Source of the DNA: Cyanobacteria bacterium P01_F01_bin.150
Lineage (GTDB): Bacteria > Cyanobacteriota > Cyanobacteriia > CAKZMO01
DNA length: 64,000 nt
Assembly: GCA_039189765.1 (NCBI GenBank)
Contig: JBCCYL010000024.1
Location: 1-64,000, forward strand
Direction: 5' to 3'
The translations under genes and the position numbers were made by a program. Below the pieces are notes generated by a model, which saw only the letters and a list, made by a program, of their open reading frames with translations, had not been told where the DNA came from and did not search any database. Numbering within the stretch: position 1 is the first letter of the stretch; each line of letters begins with the position of its first letter. This document shows, in pieces, positions 1-8,717 of this stretch.

Positions 1-189
1 AGCTCCTAACCCTATCTAGGGTCTGTGGATACGGCCAAGGTCTTAGTCGCTTCTAATCTGGTGAATTTAGGCATAATCGCAATTTATGCAACTATGCCTG
101 GGCTTACCCAACTTTAATGCTATCTGCTATGACCCGATCGCTTGGATTTGAGCTAAGCATGGGCAAAATTTGAGGAAGCGATCGCTTCC

Positions 190-223
190 AAAAAAAAATC
201 CCGGCCTGTTGTAGGACCGGGAA
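190..223 (-). terminator. Rho-independent terminator (hairpin + U9) on minus strand
   Basis: Plus strand shows A9 followed by tcccggcc..ggaccggga inverted repeat; on minus strand this is a GC stem followed by a 9-U tract, downstream of minus-strand ORFs at 391-1377. Confidence 0.55.
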
Positions 224-526
224 AGAGCTGTGTTTAGAGAGAAAGTAGAGTGTTCTAGAAGGAGAAGGAAAAACTTTTAATGTTGTTCGTTCGTCTGTGT
301 GTTGTTTGTGTGTATAGAGTACTTCAGCCATTCACTAATTCATTTCAAAAGGGCAATGGTGTTCTTCATCAAGCAATCAAGTGATGGCTATCACTCACTG
401 CAAAAAGGAAGAAAACCGTAGTGCATCAGTTGGGCCGAGACAACATCATGCCGAGGTTGCCTCGACGGCAATACCCTTCTGCCACTATCTCCCCCTGCTA
501 TGGCAGACTCACTGGAGCAGATATGT

Positions 527-1377
527 TTAATCGTCGTAGTTAAACGTGAGTTTTTGATACTTCCGGGAATTACCCTGACTGGCGAGTTGACATAGAACTT
601 CCTTTTGTCTGGACCCCTCAGCCCGAAAGCAGTTGACCTGCTGTTCAAAGCTGGCTAATCGAGTGATGTAATTCTTGGGATTAAGGCGAAGCTTATTACG
701 GAACTGTTTCCAGGGGACGTCTACAATATCATCGCCACACACCATCTCCACTTCGCCCCCCTCAATATCCACATCGTTAGCTGGTCGATATAATTCATTT
801 TTGTCCATCCCTAACATCAATCGTTCGTTGCTCCAGCAATCCCATTAAGTCGGCAACACAACCACTCATACTCGAAAATTGTCTTTCTATCGCATTGTAA
901 ACAACATTGGGCGTTCTTGACGGTTGTTGTTCTGGACGAACACCATCCAGAGATCTTCGTGCTTCTTCTAAGCTAGTGAGCAACTGATTGATGGTGTCTT
1001 TTAGGGCAGTGTCATCGTCATTTTTCAGTGATGCCGTTAACCGCCTCAAGCGTCTGGAGATTTCATTATGTAAATCCCGTGCATCAATAAATGAAATATT
1101 CGCCTCAAGCACATCAAGGCGTTGAATAATTTCTGACAATTCAATCGTTACAGTCTGAACTTTAACCATTTTCCCTGCTTCCACCGCCGCCTTCTTGGCT
1201 GCTTGAGCCTCCTTAAAGCTGCGAATCGATTACCATAAGCCAAACGCACTGAGTACTACGCCAACAACACTCAAAAGTAAGAAGACCCAAAAATCCCATG
1301 TTTGAATAAGTGGCTGTTCGCCCTTTTCTAAAAGCTGGTCTAGTTTCTGTTCAAGGATTTCTGCGCTTTCTTCCATT
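527..1377 (-). pseudogene. Disrupted or overlapping small-gene region: N-terminal TM segment ORF (1377->1233) interrupted by in-frame TAA at 1230-1232, continuing as 795..1184 ORF, then -1 frame overlap into 527..820 ORF; no recognisable family
   Basis: Manual translation of minus strand: MEESAEILEQKLDQLLEKGEQPLIQTWDFWVFLLLSVVGVVLSAFGLW-TAA-SIRSFKEAQAAKKAAVEAGKMVKVQ... is a continuous frame broken only by one stop; 795..1184 and 527..820 ORFs overlap by 26 nt in different frames. Confidence 0.3.
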
Positions 1378-1611
1378 TGGATTTGCCAAACTCTACACCA
1401 TGATAGCGCTCGTTATTTTAACTTTCACATTACTAATTTGTGATGATGAAATTACTCATATGATCAGTCGCTTAGTTAACACGACCTAATCAATAAAATT
1501 TACTTCTTATTAACAGTCCACTAGTACATCTCAATGGCGAGGGTCAGATTTTGCTGAACCCCAAGTCGGGGATCAGGGCAATGTAACACTAAAGAGCGAT
1601 GTGCCAGTACT

Positions 1612-1826
1612 GCGCGGCAGAAGTTCTGCCCCATTCTAAACCGGTATGTTTCTCGTTCCCAGCGGGACGCTGGGAGTGCTATCCAGAGACTCTGGCTCTG
1701 GGAGCATTCATGATGCCAATCTGGCTCTCAATTTGGACTCTAACCAGACCTGGAGACTCTGGCTCCAGGTCTGGTTCCCAGCCAGAGACAGGGAACCAGA
1801 GTTAGTGGGGCAGAACTTCTGCCGCC
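1612..1826. mobile_element. MITE-like element with perfect 20-bp terminal inverted repeats (gcggcagaagttctgcccca / tggggcagaacttctgccgc) and internal nested palindromes
   Basis: 1613-1632 is exact reverse complement of 1806-1825; interior contains palindromes cccagcgggacgctggga, ccagagactctgg, ccagacctggagactctggctccaggtctgg, ggttcccagccagagacagggaacc; no coding capacity. Confidence 0.6.
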
Positions 1827-2072
1827 TACTACTAGTGTTGAGCGATCGCAGCCGTATCATCACCAACTCCAGTGGTAGATCTGCCGAGAGAGATGGATGC
1901 AGAGACGATCGCCGCACTCAATAATAGCGACATTTCTGCCGATGCCCAAGCAGCATTTGGCGGGAGAAGTATCGTCAGTGCAGATGAACATCTATGCCAA
2001 CAGAGCAAAACAACGGATGAACTGCGAGCACGGGAAGTGAGCCGCAGTCCATTCGCTGATGAGAGCTTAGAT

Positions 2073-3644
2073 TTATGGACGGTTGATTTGGATAATTTCC
2101 GTTAGGATACTTTCCAATCCCCCATTCACGTTAATCCGTTCGATCTTATCGGCAATGCGCTCTAGTACCTCCAGCTCCTTTAACCGCAGAGCAACCGGAT
2201 TGCTTTCCATAACCTTGGCGGTGTTGAGCATGCTACGAGTGGCCGAAGTTTCCTCACGGCGACGAATCACGTTGGCCTGGGCCGCCTTCTCCGCTTCCAC
2301 TACCTGACACAGAATGGCCTTCATCTCACCGGGGAGAATAATATCCTTAACCCCGACCGATTCCACCTCAATTCCATACTCGGCAGTCTTCGAGAGAATG
2401 TAATCCGCCACACTAGAGTCGATCGCCCCCTTATCTTCCAAGAGGTCATCCAGCGATCGCGTCCCCACCGCCCCTCGCAGGGCAAACTGGAGTTCCTTAT
2501 ATAGAAAACCCTTGATATCCGCTAAGCCAGCCTTTGCCTTAACTGGATCAACAATGCGGTAGCCAGCGGTCAGATTCAAGCGCAGAGGCACCTTATCCTT
2601 TGAAAGAATTTCCTGACCGGATACATCCAGCGTTTGCAGACGTAGGTCTAGAACTTCAGTTTTGAGCGATCGCCCAAAAAGCCACCACACATGCCAACCT
2701 GGCTCCAGAGTCTCCTGTAGAGCCCCCTCGGAATAGAGCAAGCCCATATGCTGACTGGGTACTTCAGTAATATGCAGATGGGTATGGGCCAACTGGAAGA
2801 CTGCTGGCAACCCAGACACCAGTTCCTTCACCAATCGGGCTGGCAGCTTGGCGTCAGAGCTAAAGTTGATCACTTCCACTTCCACCCCACGCCAGAATAG
2901 CTGACGGCTGGTGGGCTGTAGAACCCCGATCACCTTTCCCTGGTAGCGGGCGATCGCCACTTCTTCTGCCCCCAAGGTCACGGCCTCACAGTACTCAGCT
3001 ACAAACTCAGGGTGCTGTTCCATTAACACGTCAGTGTTGGTAAAGCCAGGGATCGGCTTGGTGCGATCGTACAAGGTCACTCGAACCGTCTGACCATAGG
3101 TCCAGAACCCATATTCACCCGGCCCAAGAGGCCGCACAAAGTTATCTTGAATGTACAGCATGCCGATTTGGAACTCGGATACTCGCACAACTTTCAAGCC
3201 AGCCAAAGCGCTAGCGGCCTGATCCTTTACCTGTTCCACAAATGGGGTGGCCAGCTCTACGCTCTCATCCAGGTCAAAGCAATGGGCTTCCACATCAATA
3301 AATCCCCGCCAAAATAGGCGCAGTTGGTTGGGGGCGATCGCTTGCCACTGCTGTCCCACTCGAACCAGAGCCGCTTGGTTAAAGGCGGTCCGAACTACAA
3401 CAAATTGCTTATTAATCACATCAGCATGGGACTGCAACAATAACTCCACGTTATCGATGGTGGCTTTGGGAGTATTGAGATCAAAAATTTTTACGTTCCA
3501 GTGCCAGCCCATGCGGCGATGGGTGCCCGGCATAAGAACCTCTTGGAAATGACTGCGATAAAACAACATTCCCCGCTCGTTAGGCTTGATGTAAAACGTC
3601 TTGAATAGTTCGAACATAGCTCTTCTTCCTTGCAGCCGTGACAA
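2073..3644 (-). CDS. SPFH/band-7 (stomatin/prohibitin-like, slipin family) domain protein; alternative start at Met ~3617
   Basis: C-terminal half has SPFH hallmarks (..DIILPGEMKAILCQVVEAEKAAQANVIRRREETSATRSMLNTAKVM..NPVALRLKELEVLERIA..), long ORF with consistent codon usage. Confidence 0.75.
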   Translation of the reverse strand: MSRLQGRRAMFELFKTFYIKPNERGMLFYRSHFQEVLMPGTHRRMGWHWNVKIFDLNTPKATIDNVELLLQSHADVINKQFVVVRTAFNQAALVRVGQQWQAIAPNQLRLFWRGFIDVEAHCFDLDESVELATPFVEQVKDQAASALAGLKVVRVSEFQIGMLYIQDNFVRPLGPGEYGFWTYGQTVRVTLYDRTKPIPGFTNTDVLMEQHPEFVAEYCEAVTLGAEEVAIARYQGKVIGVLQPTSRQLFWRGVEVEVINFSSDAKLPARLVKELVSGLPAVFQLAHTHLHITEVPSQHMGLLYSEGALQETLEPGWHVWWLFGRSLKTEVLDLRLQTLDVSGQEILSKDKVPLRLNLTAGYRIVDPVKAKAGLADIKGFLYKELQFALRGAVGTRSLDDLLEDKGAIDSSVADYILSKTAEYGIEVESVGVKDIILPGEMKAILCQVVEAEKAAQANVIRRREETSATRSMLNTAKVMESNPVALRLKELEVLERIADKIERINVNGGLESILTEIIQINRP

Positions 3645-3790
3645 TTTTGGATTTTAGATTTTGGCTTTTGGCTGCGTTCCAGTTTTGAATAGTGACAGTT
3701 TGGGAGTTTGGGCGTTTGGGAGTTTGGGCGTTTTGAATTTTGAATTGGACTTTCTGCCTTCTGCCTTCTGCCTTCTACCTTCTGCCTTTT
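3645..3790. repeat. STRR-like tandem repeat array: (TTTTGGA/TTTTAGA)n, (GGGAGTTTGGGCGTTT)2, (TTTTGAA)2, (TGCCTTC)5; immediately 5' of SPFH start codon
   Basis: Direct reading of tandem units; same motif set recurs at 10345-10527, 11845-11895, 44351-44383 and inside CDS at 53014-53075. Confidence 0.85.
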
Positions 3791-4323
3791 TAAAGCTCTA
3801 CTGACGCTGGCATTTGCCGGGGTCTGTGCGGGCGATCGCCTGTACAGGAATGGATTAAGGCTCCCTTAGGGGCGGGCATGTCTTCTTAAGTTGCTCTGAT
3901 CAGATTGCTCTGACCAAAGTACTGTGGCAAGACATGTAAGATCGCCAAATATATTGTTCCGATTCTCCGTTGGAAAATAGGAAGAGATATACTCGATTCC
4001 AGTATCAAAAGCACTTCGCTAAAAGCGATGCGATGCGACTAGCTAAAAGCTACGCTACGCGATCGCGCTGGCCATTCCCTGGTGCTGTTTTCGCCTTGCT
4101 GTCCTGCATCTAGCGACTGTTTCCAGCGGTCAGATCCGGTTTAGTTTCGGCAAATTCAGCCCAATACCAGCACAGTAGAGCAGAGTGCGGAGTTGAACCG
4201 CATAGGATTTGTTTACCCTATTTACCAGTTGACGCTTGGAGAGCGCTGCTCTTGTAACCCCAGAGCGCGGGAGTACTTGTCCCTAACAAGTCGTCCTTAT
4301 TGCCCACAGGACTTGGGTAGCGT

Positions 4324-4399
4324 TGGCTAAACGTACAGGATTCGAACCTGCTACAGTCAGATTAACGGTCTGATGCTCTACCAATTGAGCTAACGTTTA
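4324..4399 (-). tRNA. tRNA-Asn (anticodon GTT), 76 nt with encoded CCA; unusual C at position 33
   Basis: Hand-folded cloverleaf: acceptor TAAACGT/ACGTTTA, D-stem GCTC/GAGC, anticodon stem TCAGA/TCTGA with loop CCGTTAA, T-arm GCAGG-TTCGAAT-CCTGT, discriminator G, CCA. Confidence 0.7.
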
Positions 4400-4402
4400 A
4401 GT

Positions 4403-4478
4403 TGGTACACGATGTAGGATTCGAACCTACGAATTCCGGATTTTAAGTCCAGTGCCTATTCCACTCGGCTAATCGCGT
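4403..4478 (-). tRNA. Non-canonical tRNA, 76 nt, anticodon UAA (Leu-decoding) but class-I architecture (5-nt variable loop), encoded CCA
   Basis: Hand-fold: acceptor ACGCGAT/ATCGTGT (one G-U), D-stem GCC/GGC, anticodon stem CTGGA/TCCGG (one U-G) with loop CTTAAAA, variable AATTC, T-arm GTAGG-TTCGAAT-CCTAC, discriminator A, CCA. Confidence 0.5.
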
Positions 4479-4646
4479 GATGACTACAGCACCATGTTCA
4501 GTGGTACACACCTGAGCAATTTTCAGCCCCAGTGCGCCGGTCAGGCTCAGAACCTGAACCACTACGTTCCACAATGTCGTATTCACCTCATACTACATAT
4601 GCTACAAAAACATTTTAAGGCTGTCAAGATGATGAGGGACCGGATC

Positions 4647-7600
4647 TCAGAGACCGTCACACAATCTCTTATCTTCGTCTCTAAGCTCAACCGGGTTATG
4701 GGCAACATGAAAGCGAAGCCAATCACAGCCATGAGCTACCATTGCATCCAAGCTAAGTGCCTTTAAATCCCAGAGTTTAATCGTCTTGTCTGAACTGCCG
4801 CTAATGAGGGTCTTGCCATTAGGACTGAAACTCACACTGGTGACCCAATCGTCATGGCCTATGAAGCTGCGGAGTTGCTGACCAGTCGTCACATCCCAGA
4901 GTTTGATTGTTTTATCCGCGCTGCCGCTAACGAGAGTCTTGCCATCGGCACTGAATCTGACACCCATGACCCAATTGTCATGACCTATAAAGTTGCGGAT
5001 TTCCTCTCCGGTCGTCACATCCCAGAGTTTGATCGTTTTGTCTGAACTGCCGCTAACGAGGGTCTTACCATCAGGACTGAAACTCACACTATTGATCCAA
5101 TCGTCATGACCTGTAAAGCTGCGGAGTTCCTTCCCGGTTGCCACATCCCAGAGTTTGATCGTCTTGTCCGTACTGCCGCTAATGAAGGTCTTACCATCGG
5201 CACTGAAACTCACACTATTAACCGACTCGTCATGGCCTATGAAGCCGCGAAGTTCCTCCCCGGTCGTCACATCCCAGAGTTTGATTGTTTTATCCGCGCT
5301 GCCGCTAACGAGAGTCTTGCCATCGGCACTGAAACTCACACTATTAACCGACTCGTCATGGCCTGTGAAGCTGCGGAGTTGCTCCCCAGTCTCCACATCC
5401 CAGAGGTTGATTGTCTTATCCGTACTGCCGCTAATGAGGGTCTTACCATCAGCACTGAAACTCACACTCATGACCCACAGGTCATGACCTGTAAAGCTAC
5501 GGAGTTCCTCCCCGGTCTCCACATCCCAGAGTTTGATCGTCTTGTCTGAACTGCTGCTAACGAAGGACTTGCCATCGGGACTGAAACTCACACTACTGAC
5601 CAACTGGTCATGACCTGTAAAGTTGTGGGGTTGCTCCCCAGTCTCCACATCCCAGAATTTGATTGTCTTGTCTAAACTGCTGCTAACAAGGGACTTGCCA
5701 TCGGGGCTAAAACTCACACTTATGACTGACTCGTTATGACCTGTGAAGCTACGGATTTCCTGCCCAGTCGCCACATCCCAGAGCTTGATCGTTTCGTCCG
5801 CACTGCCGCTAACAAGAGTCTGACCATCGGGGCTGAAACTGACCGTGACTGGCTCGTCATGACCTACAAAGCTGCGGAGTTGCTCCCCGGTCGCCACATC
5901 CCAGAGTTTGATCGTCTTGTCCGAACTTCCGCTAACGAGGGTCTGGCCATCAGGACTGAAACTCACACTAATGACCGCCTCATCATGACCTGTAAAGCTG
6001 CGGAGTTGCTCCCCAGTCGTCACATCCCAGAGTTTGATCATCGTGTCCGCACTGCCGCTAACGAGGGTCTGGCCATCAGAACTGAAACTGACACTACTGA
6101 ACGACTCGTCATGACCTGTGAAGCTGCGAAGTTGCTCCCCAGTGGCCACATCCCAAAGTTTGGCTGTCTTGTCCGCACTGCCGCTAACGAGGGTCTGGCC
6201 ATCAGGACTGAACCTGACACGCAAGACGTGCCTGTCATGGCCTGTGAAGCTGCGGAGTTCTTTCCCGGATTCCACATCCCAGAGTTTGATCGTCTTGTCC
6301 GCACTGCCGCTAACGAGGGTCTGGCCATCGGGGCTAAAACCGACACTCCAGACCCAATTGTCATGGCCTGTAAAGCTGTTGAGTTGCTCCCCGGTCACTA
6401 CATCCCAGAGTTTGACCGTCGTGTCATCACTGCCGCTAACGAGGGTCTGGCCATCGGGACTAAAACTGACACTCCTGACCCAACCGTCATGGCCTGTGAA
6501 GCTACGAACCTTATTACTCTTTAACATAACTTGCTGTAATGCATTCAGCCCCTCTGGTTGAGTAATTTGGTACTTCTGAAGAATAGTGCCTGCTCGAATG
6601 GCTTCCATCCACGCCTCAAAATCTTTACCTTCATTTAAAAGCGTTAATGAACCAAGCCCTGATGATCGCGCCTGGCTCAACTCGGCTTGTTTGATCGCTT
6701 TCTCCGCTCGTTTTAGTTGCTGTACCGCAACACCCCCACCTACCAATGCTAATACCAGCAACGATGCCAACCCCCCAATCACTAGCCGTTGCAGACGGAC
6801 CGATCGCTGCTGATTCATCTCCACCACCAACCGACTTGCTGTCACATACTCCCCCTGCAACGCCGTCGGACTCGGCTGCTTCTCCACTGCTCCCAACAAC
6901 CACTGCTCCGCCTCAGCCAAGTCACTCCCCCGCAGCAGCACATCCTCCCGTCGCCCCTTCTTATCCCACTCGATCGCCTTTACCAACAACTGCGTGTGAA
7001 ACCGCAAATGCTCCGGGTCCGTATCCAACGTCCGCAGCAGCTCCTTAAAATTGGTATCAAACTCCCCCTTATTCGCCGTAAAATCAATCCACTGCACCTT
7101 CGCCAACTCCGGATGCAAGTCCTTCGGATTCACCGGACGATGCAGCACCGTCACCATCCGCTTATTCAGCTTCGCCGCATACTCTACCTCATCAGCACAG
7201 TACGGAGACCTCACCGCCCGAGGCGACAGCACAAACAGAAAAAAATTCGACGTTTCAATTCCCTTGTAAATCTCCTGCTGAAAATCCGCCCCCGACGCAA
7301 TACTTTCCTGATCAAACCAGGTGCGCTTCCGCTGTCGTTGCAACGCATTATTTAACCGCCGGGCAAAATCTGAATCCGCCCGCGAATAGGAAATAAACAC
7401 ATCCGGAGCCACCGCCGCCGTCTGACTTTGACTCGCCTCAATAAAATCCTCCTGAATCTCCGTTGGCCCCTGCCCATCCTTCGCCTTCGCCACCTCCCGC
7501 CACGCCAGCGCATGTTGCAACTCATAGCCCTGAAGCAAAATACAGGGATTGCGCTGCTGCCGCTCCCACTTTAGCGCCTTGGTCAACAGCACCTTATGCT

Positions 7601-8717
7601 CCTTGTGATAGGTCGCATCCTGCTTTAACACCCGCAGCAGATCATCCTCATCCTGGAGATAATCCGCCTCCGTTTCATTGTCCGTCAGGTCAATATATTG
7701 GCGATTGCGCAGGAACACCGGAATCTCAGCCTCCTCCACCTGCCCCGCCAGCATAATAATCAGCCGCTTATTCAGTTGCAGCGATCGCTCCAATTCCATC
7801 TGACAATACTTCGACTTCAGCGAATGGGACGACATCAGCAACAGCACATTATCCGCCTGCTCTACCCCACGGGCGATCGCTCCCTCAAAATCATCCCCAT
7901 ACTCAATATCCGCCCGATAGCTCCAGGTAGTGATGCCGGAGCGCATAAGCGATCGCCTCACCGTCTCCGTCATCGCCCCATCTTCCTCCGCATGGGCCAA
8001 AAACACCTGGGTCATCAAGTTGTCGCCATTCTTGATGCTCTCGGTAATGTACTCATAATGCAAATCCGTCGGCCACAGAGGCGGCTGCTTATCCGCAAAC
8101 CGAACCGCCAGCCACTCCACCGCCTCTTGTTTATCCTCCCCAGTCAACAAGTAGCGGGTCTGCTTCTGATGTCGTTCCCACTCCAGTGCCTGATTCAGCA
8201 ACACCGTATGCTGATGCACATAGCCTTTTTCCAACTCCAGCAGCGCCAATATCTGCTGCAACGACTGCTCAAAATCATTAATCCCTTCCTTACACTGCAC
8301 CCAGTTAATTTTGCCGATTTCAGGATGCATATTTGTGTGGCAGGAATGCAGTCCCTCCGATTCATACTCAGCCCACTGGTCATCCGTGCCATCCAGATTG
8401 CGCTGCTGCCAGATCTCTTGGTCAATGTTCTCTACATGCAGCAGGGGAATAATCCGCTTTTTCCGCTTCAGCGCCAACTCAATTTCCAGTCGGCAATAGG
8501 CCGAATTGGTGGCATGGGGCGCAATGACAAACAGGAAATTATCCGCTTTTTCAATGCCATCATCAATTTGCTTTTGGTAATCTACCCCCAACGGAATATC
8601 TTCAAAATCAAACCAGACGGTGTAGCCCAACTCAACTAAGCGATCGTTCAGGTTCTTGGCAAAGTGCTTACTGTCGGCACGACCATAGGAAATAAAGACA
8701 TCTTGGAGAGGATTCAT
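4647..8717 (-). CDS. Giant multidomain protein: three tandem TIR domains (aa ~5-135, ~236-325, ~438-530), single TM helix (aa ~645-666), 14 WD40 repeats (two predicted 7-bladed propellers)
   Basis: TIR signatures DVFISYGRADS.. and DVFISYSRADSDFARRL.., divergent middle TIR VFLAHAEEDG..; each TIR followed by conserved H..LL..A.EWE...R..LL.G..L..A..WL module; hydrophobic LVIGGLASLLVLALVGGGVAV; 14x GHD..V.SV.FSPDG..L.SGS.D.TIKLWDV repeats. Confidence 0.85.
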   Translation of the reverse strand: MNPLQDVFISYGRADSKHFAKNLNDRLVELGYTVWFDFEDIPLGVDYQKQIDDGIEKADNFLFVIAPHATNSAYCRLEIELALKRKKRIIPLLHVENIDQEIWQQRNLDGTDDQWAEYESEGLHSCHTNMHPEIGKINWVQCKEGINDFEQSLQQILALLELEKGYVHQHTVLLNQALEWERHQKQTRYLLTGEDKQEAVEWLAVRFADKQPPLWPTDLHYEYITESIKNGDNLMTQVFLAHAEEDGAMTETVRRSLMRSGITTWSYRADIEYGDDFEGAIARGVEQADNVLLLMSSHSLKSKYCQMELERSLQLNKRLIIMLAGQVEEAEIPVFLRNRQYIDLTDNETEADYLQDEDDLLRVLKQDATYHKEHKVLLTKALKWERQQRNPCILLQGYELQHALAWREVAKAKDGQGPTEIQEDFIEASQSQTAAVAPDVFISYSRADSDFARRLNNALQRQRKRTWFDQESIASGADFQQEIYKGIETSNFFLFVLSPRAVRSPYCADEVEYAAKLNKRMVTVLHRPVNPKDLHPELAKVQWIDFTANKGEFDTNFKELLRTLDTDPEHLRFHTQLLVKAIEWDKKGRREDVLLRGSDLAEAEQWLLGAVEKQPSPTALQGEYVTASRLVVEMNQQRSVRLQRLVIGGLASLLVLALVGGGVAVQQLKRAEKAIKQAELSQARSSGLGSLTLLNEGKDFEAWMEAIRAGTILQKYQITQPEGLNALQQVMLKSNKVRSFTGHDGWVRSVSFSPDGQTLVSGSDDTTVKLWDVVTGEQLNSFTGHDNWVWSVGFSPDGQTLVSGSADKTIKLWDVESGKELRSFTGHDRHVLRVRFSPDGQTLVSGSADKTAKLWDVATGEQLRSFTGHDESFSSVSFSSDGQTLVSGSADTMIKLWDVTTGEQLRSFTGHDEAVISVSFSPDGQTLVSGSSDKTIKLWDVATGEQLRSFVGHDEPVTVSFSPDGQTLVSGSADETIKLWDVATGQEIRSFTGHNESVISVSFSPDGKSLVSSSLDKTIKFWDVETGEQPHNFTGHDQLVSSVSFSPDGKSFVSSSSDKTIKLWDVETGEELRSFTGHDLWVMSVSFSADGKTLISGSTDKTINLWDVETGEQLRSFTGHDESVNSVSFSADGKTLVSGSADKTIKLWDVTTGEELRGFIGHDESVNSVSFSADGKTFISGSTDKTIKLWDVATGKELRSFTGHDDWINSVSFSPDGKTLVSGSSDKTIKLWDVTTGEEIRNFIGHDNWVMGVRFSADGKTLVSGSADKTIKLWDVTTGQQLRSFIGHDDWVTSVSFSPNGKTLISGSSDKTIKLWDLKALSLDAMVAHGCDWLRFHVAHNPVELRDEDKRLCDGL

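Noticed and set aside
104-648. ORFs 104..331 and 391..648 (-)
   Set aside because: No family resemblance, poor composition; 104..331 spans the terminator hairpin. Treated as non-coding or part of the decayed region
1599-1924. ORFs 1599..1805, 1646..1924 (+) and 1708..1917 (-)
   Set aside because: Lie entirely within the palindromic MITE-like element; translations are repeat-driven
1872-2105. 77-aa ORF with an ..AAFGG.. motif considered as a double-glycine (Nif11/bacteriocin-type) leader peptide
   Set aside because: Leader consensus (LS..EL..V.GG) is not matched, the putative core has a single Cys, there are no adjacent processing or transport genes, and it overlaps the SPFH gene 3' end
3645-3790. 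Tandem repeat arrays (also 10345-10527, 44351-44383) considered as CRISPR arrays
   Set aside because: Units are 7-17 nt with no unique spacers of regular length and no cas genes; they are STRR-type simple tandem repeats
4854-6561. Long antisense ORFs (5106..5549, 5155..5487, 5736..6524, 6038..6364, 6118..6561) inside the WD40 region
   Set aside because: Generated by the 126-bp periodic repeat structure of the WD40-coding DNA; they mirror the repeats, have no start context, and are fully contained in a strongly supported gene on the other strand
6586-8639. Pro/Ser/Thr-rich and Leu/Arg/Gln-rich ORFs (6746..7048, 6789..7355, 7463..7756, 7698..8639) antisense to the TIR region
   Set aside because: Low-complexity translations of the opposite strand of a well-supported CDS; no independent signals
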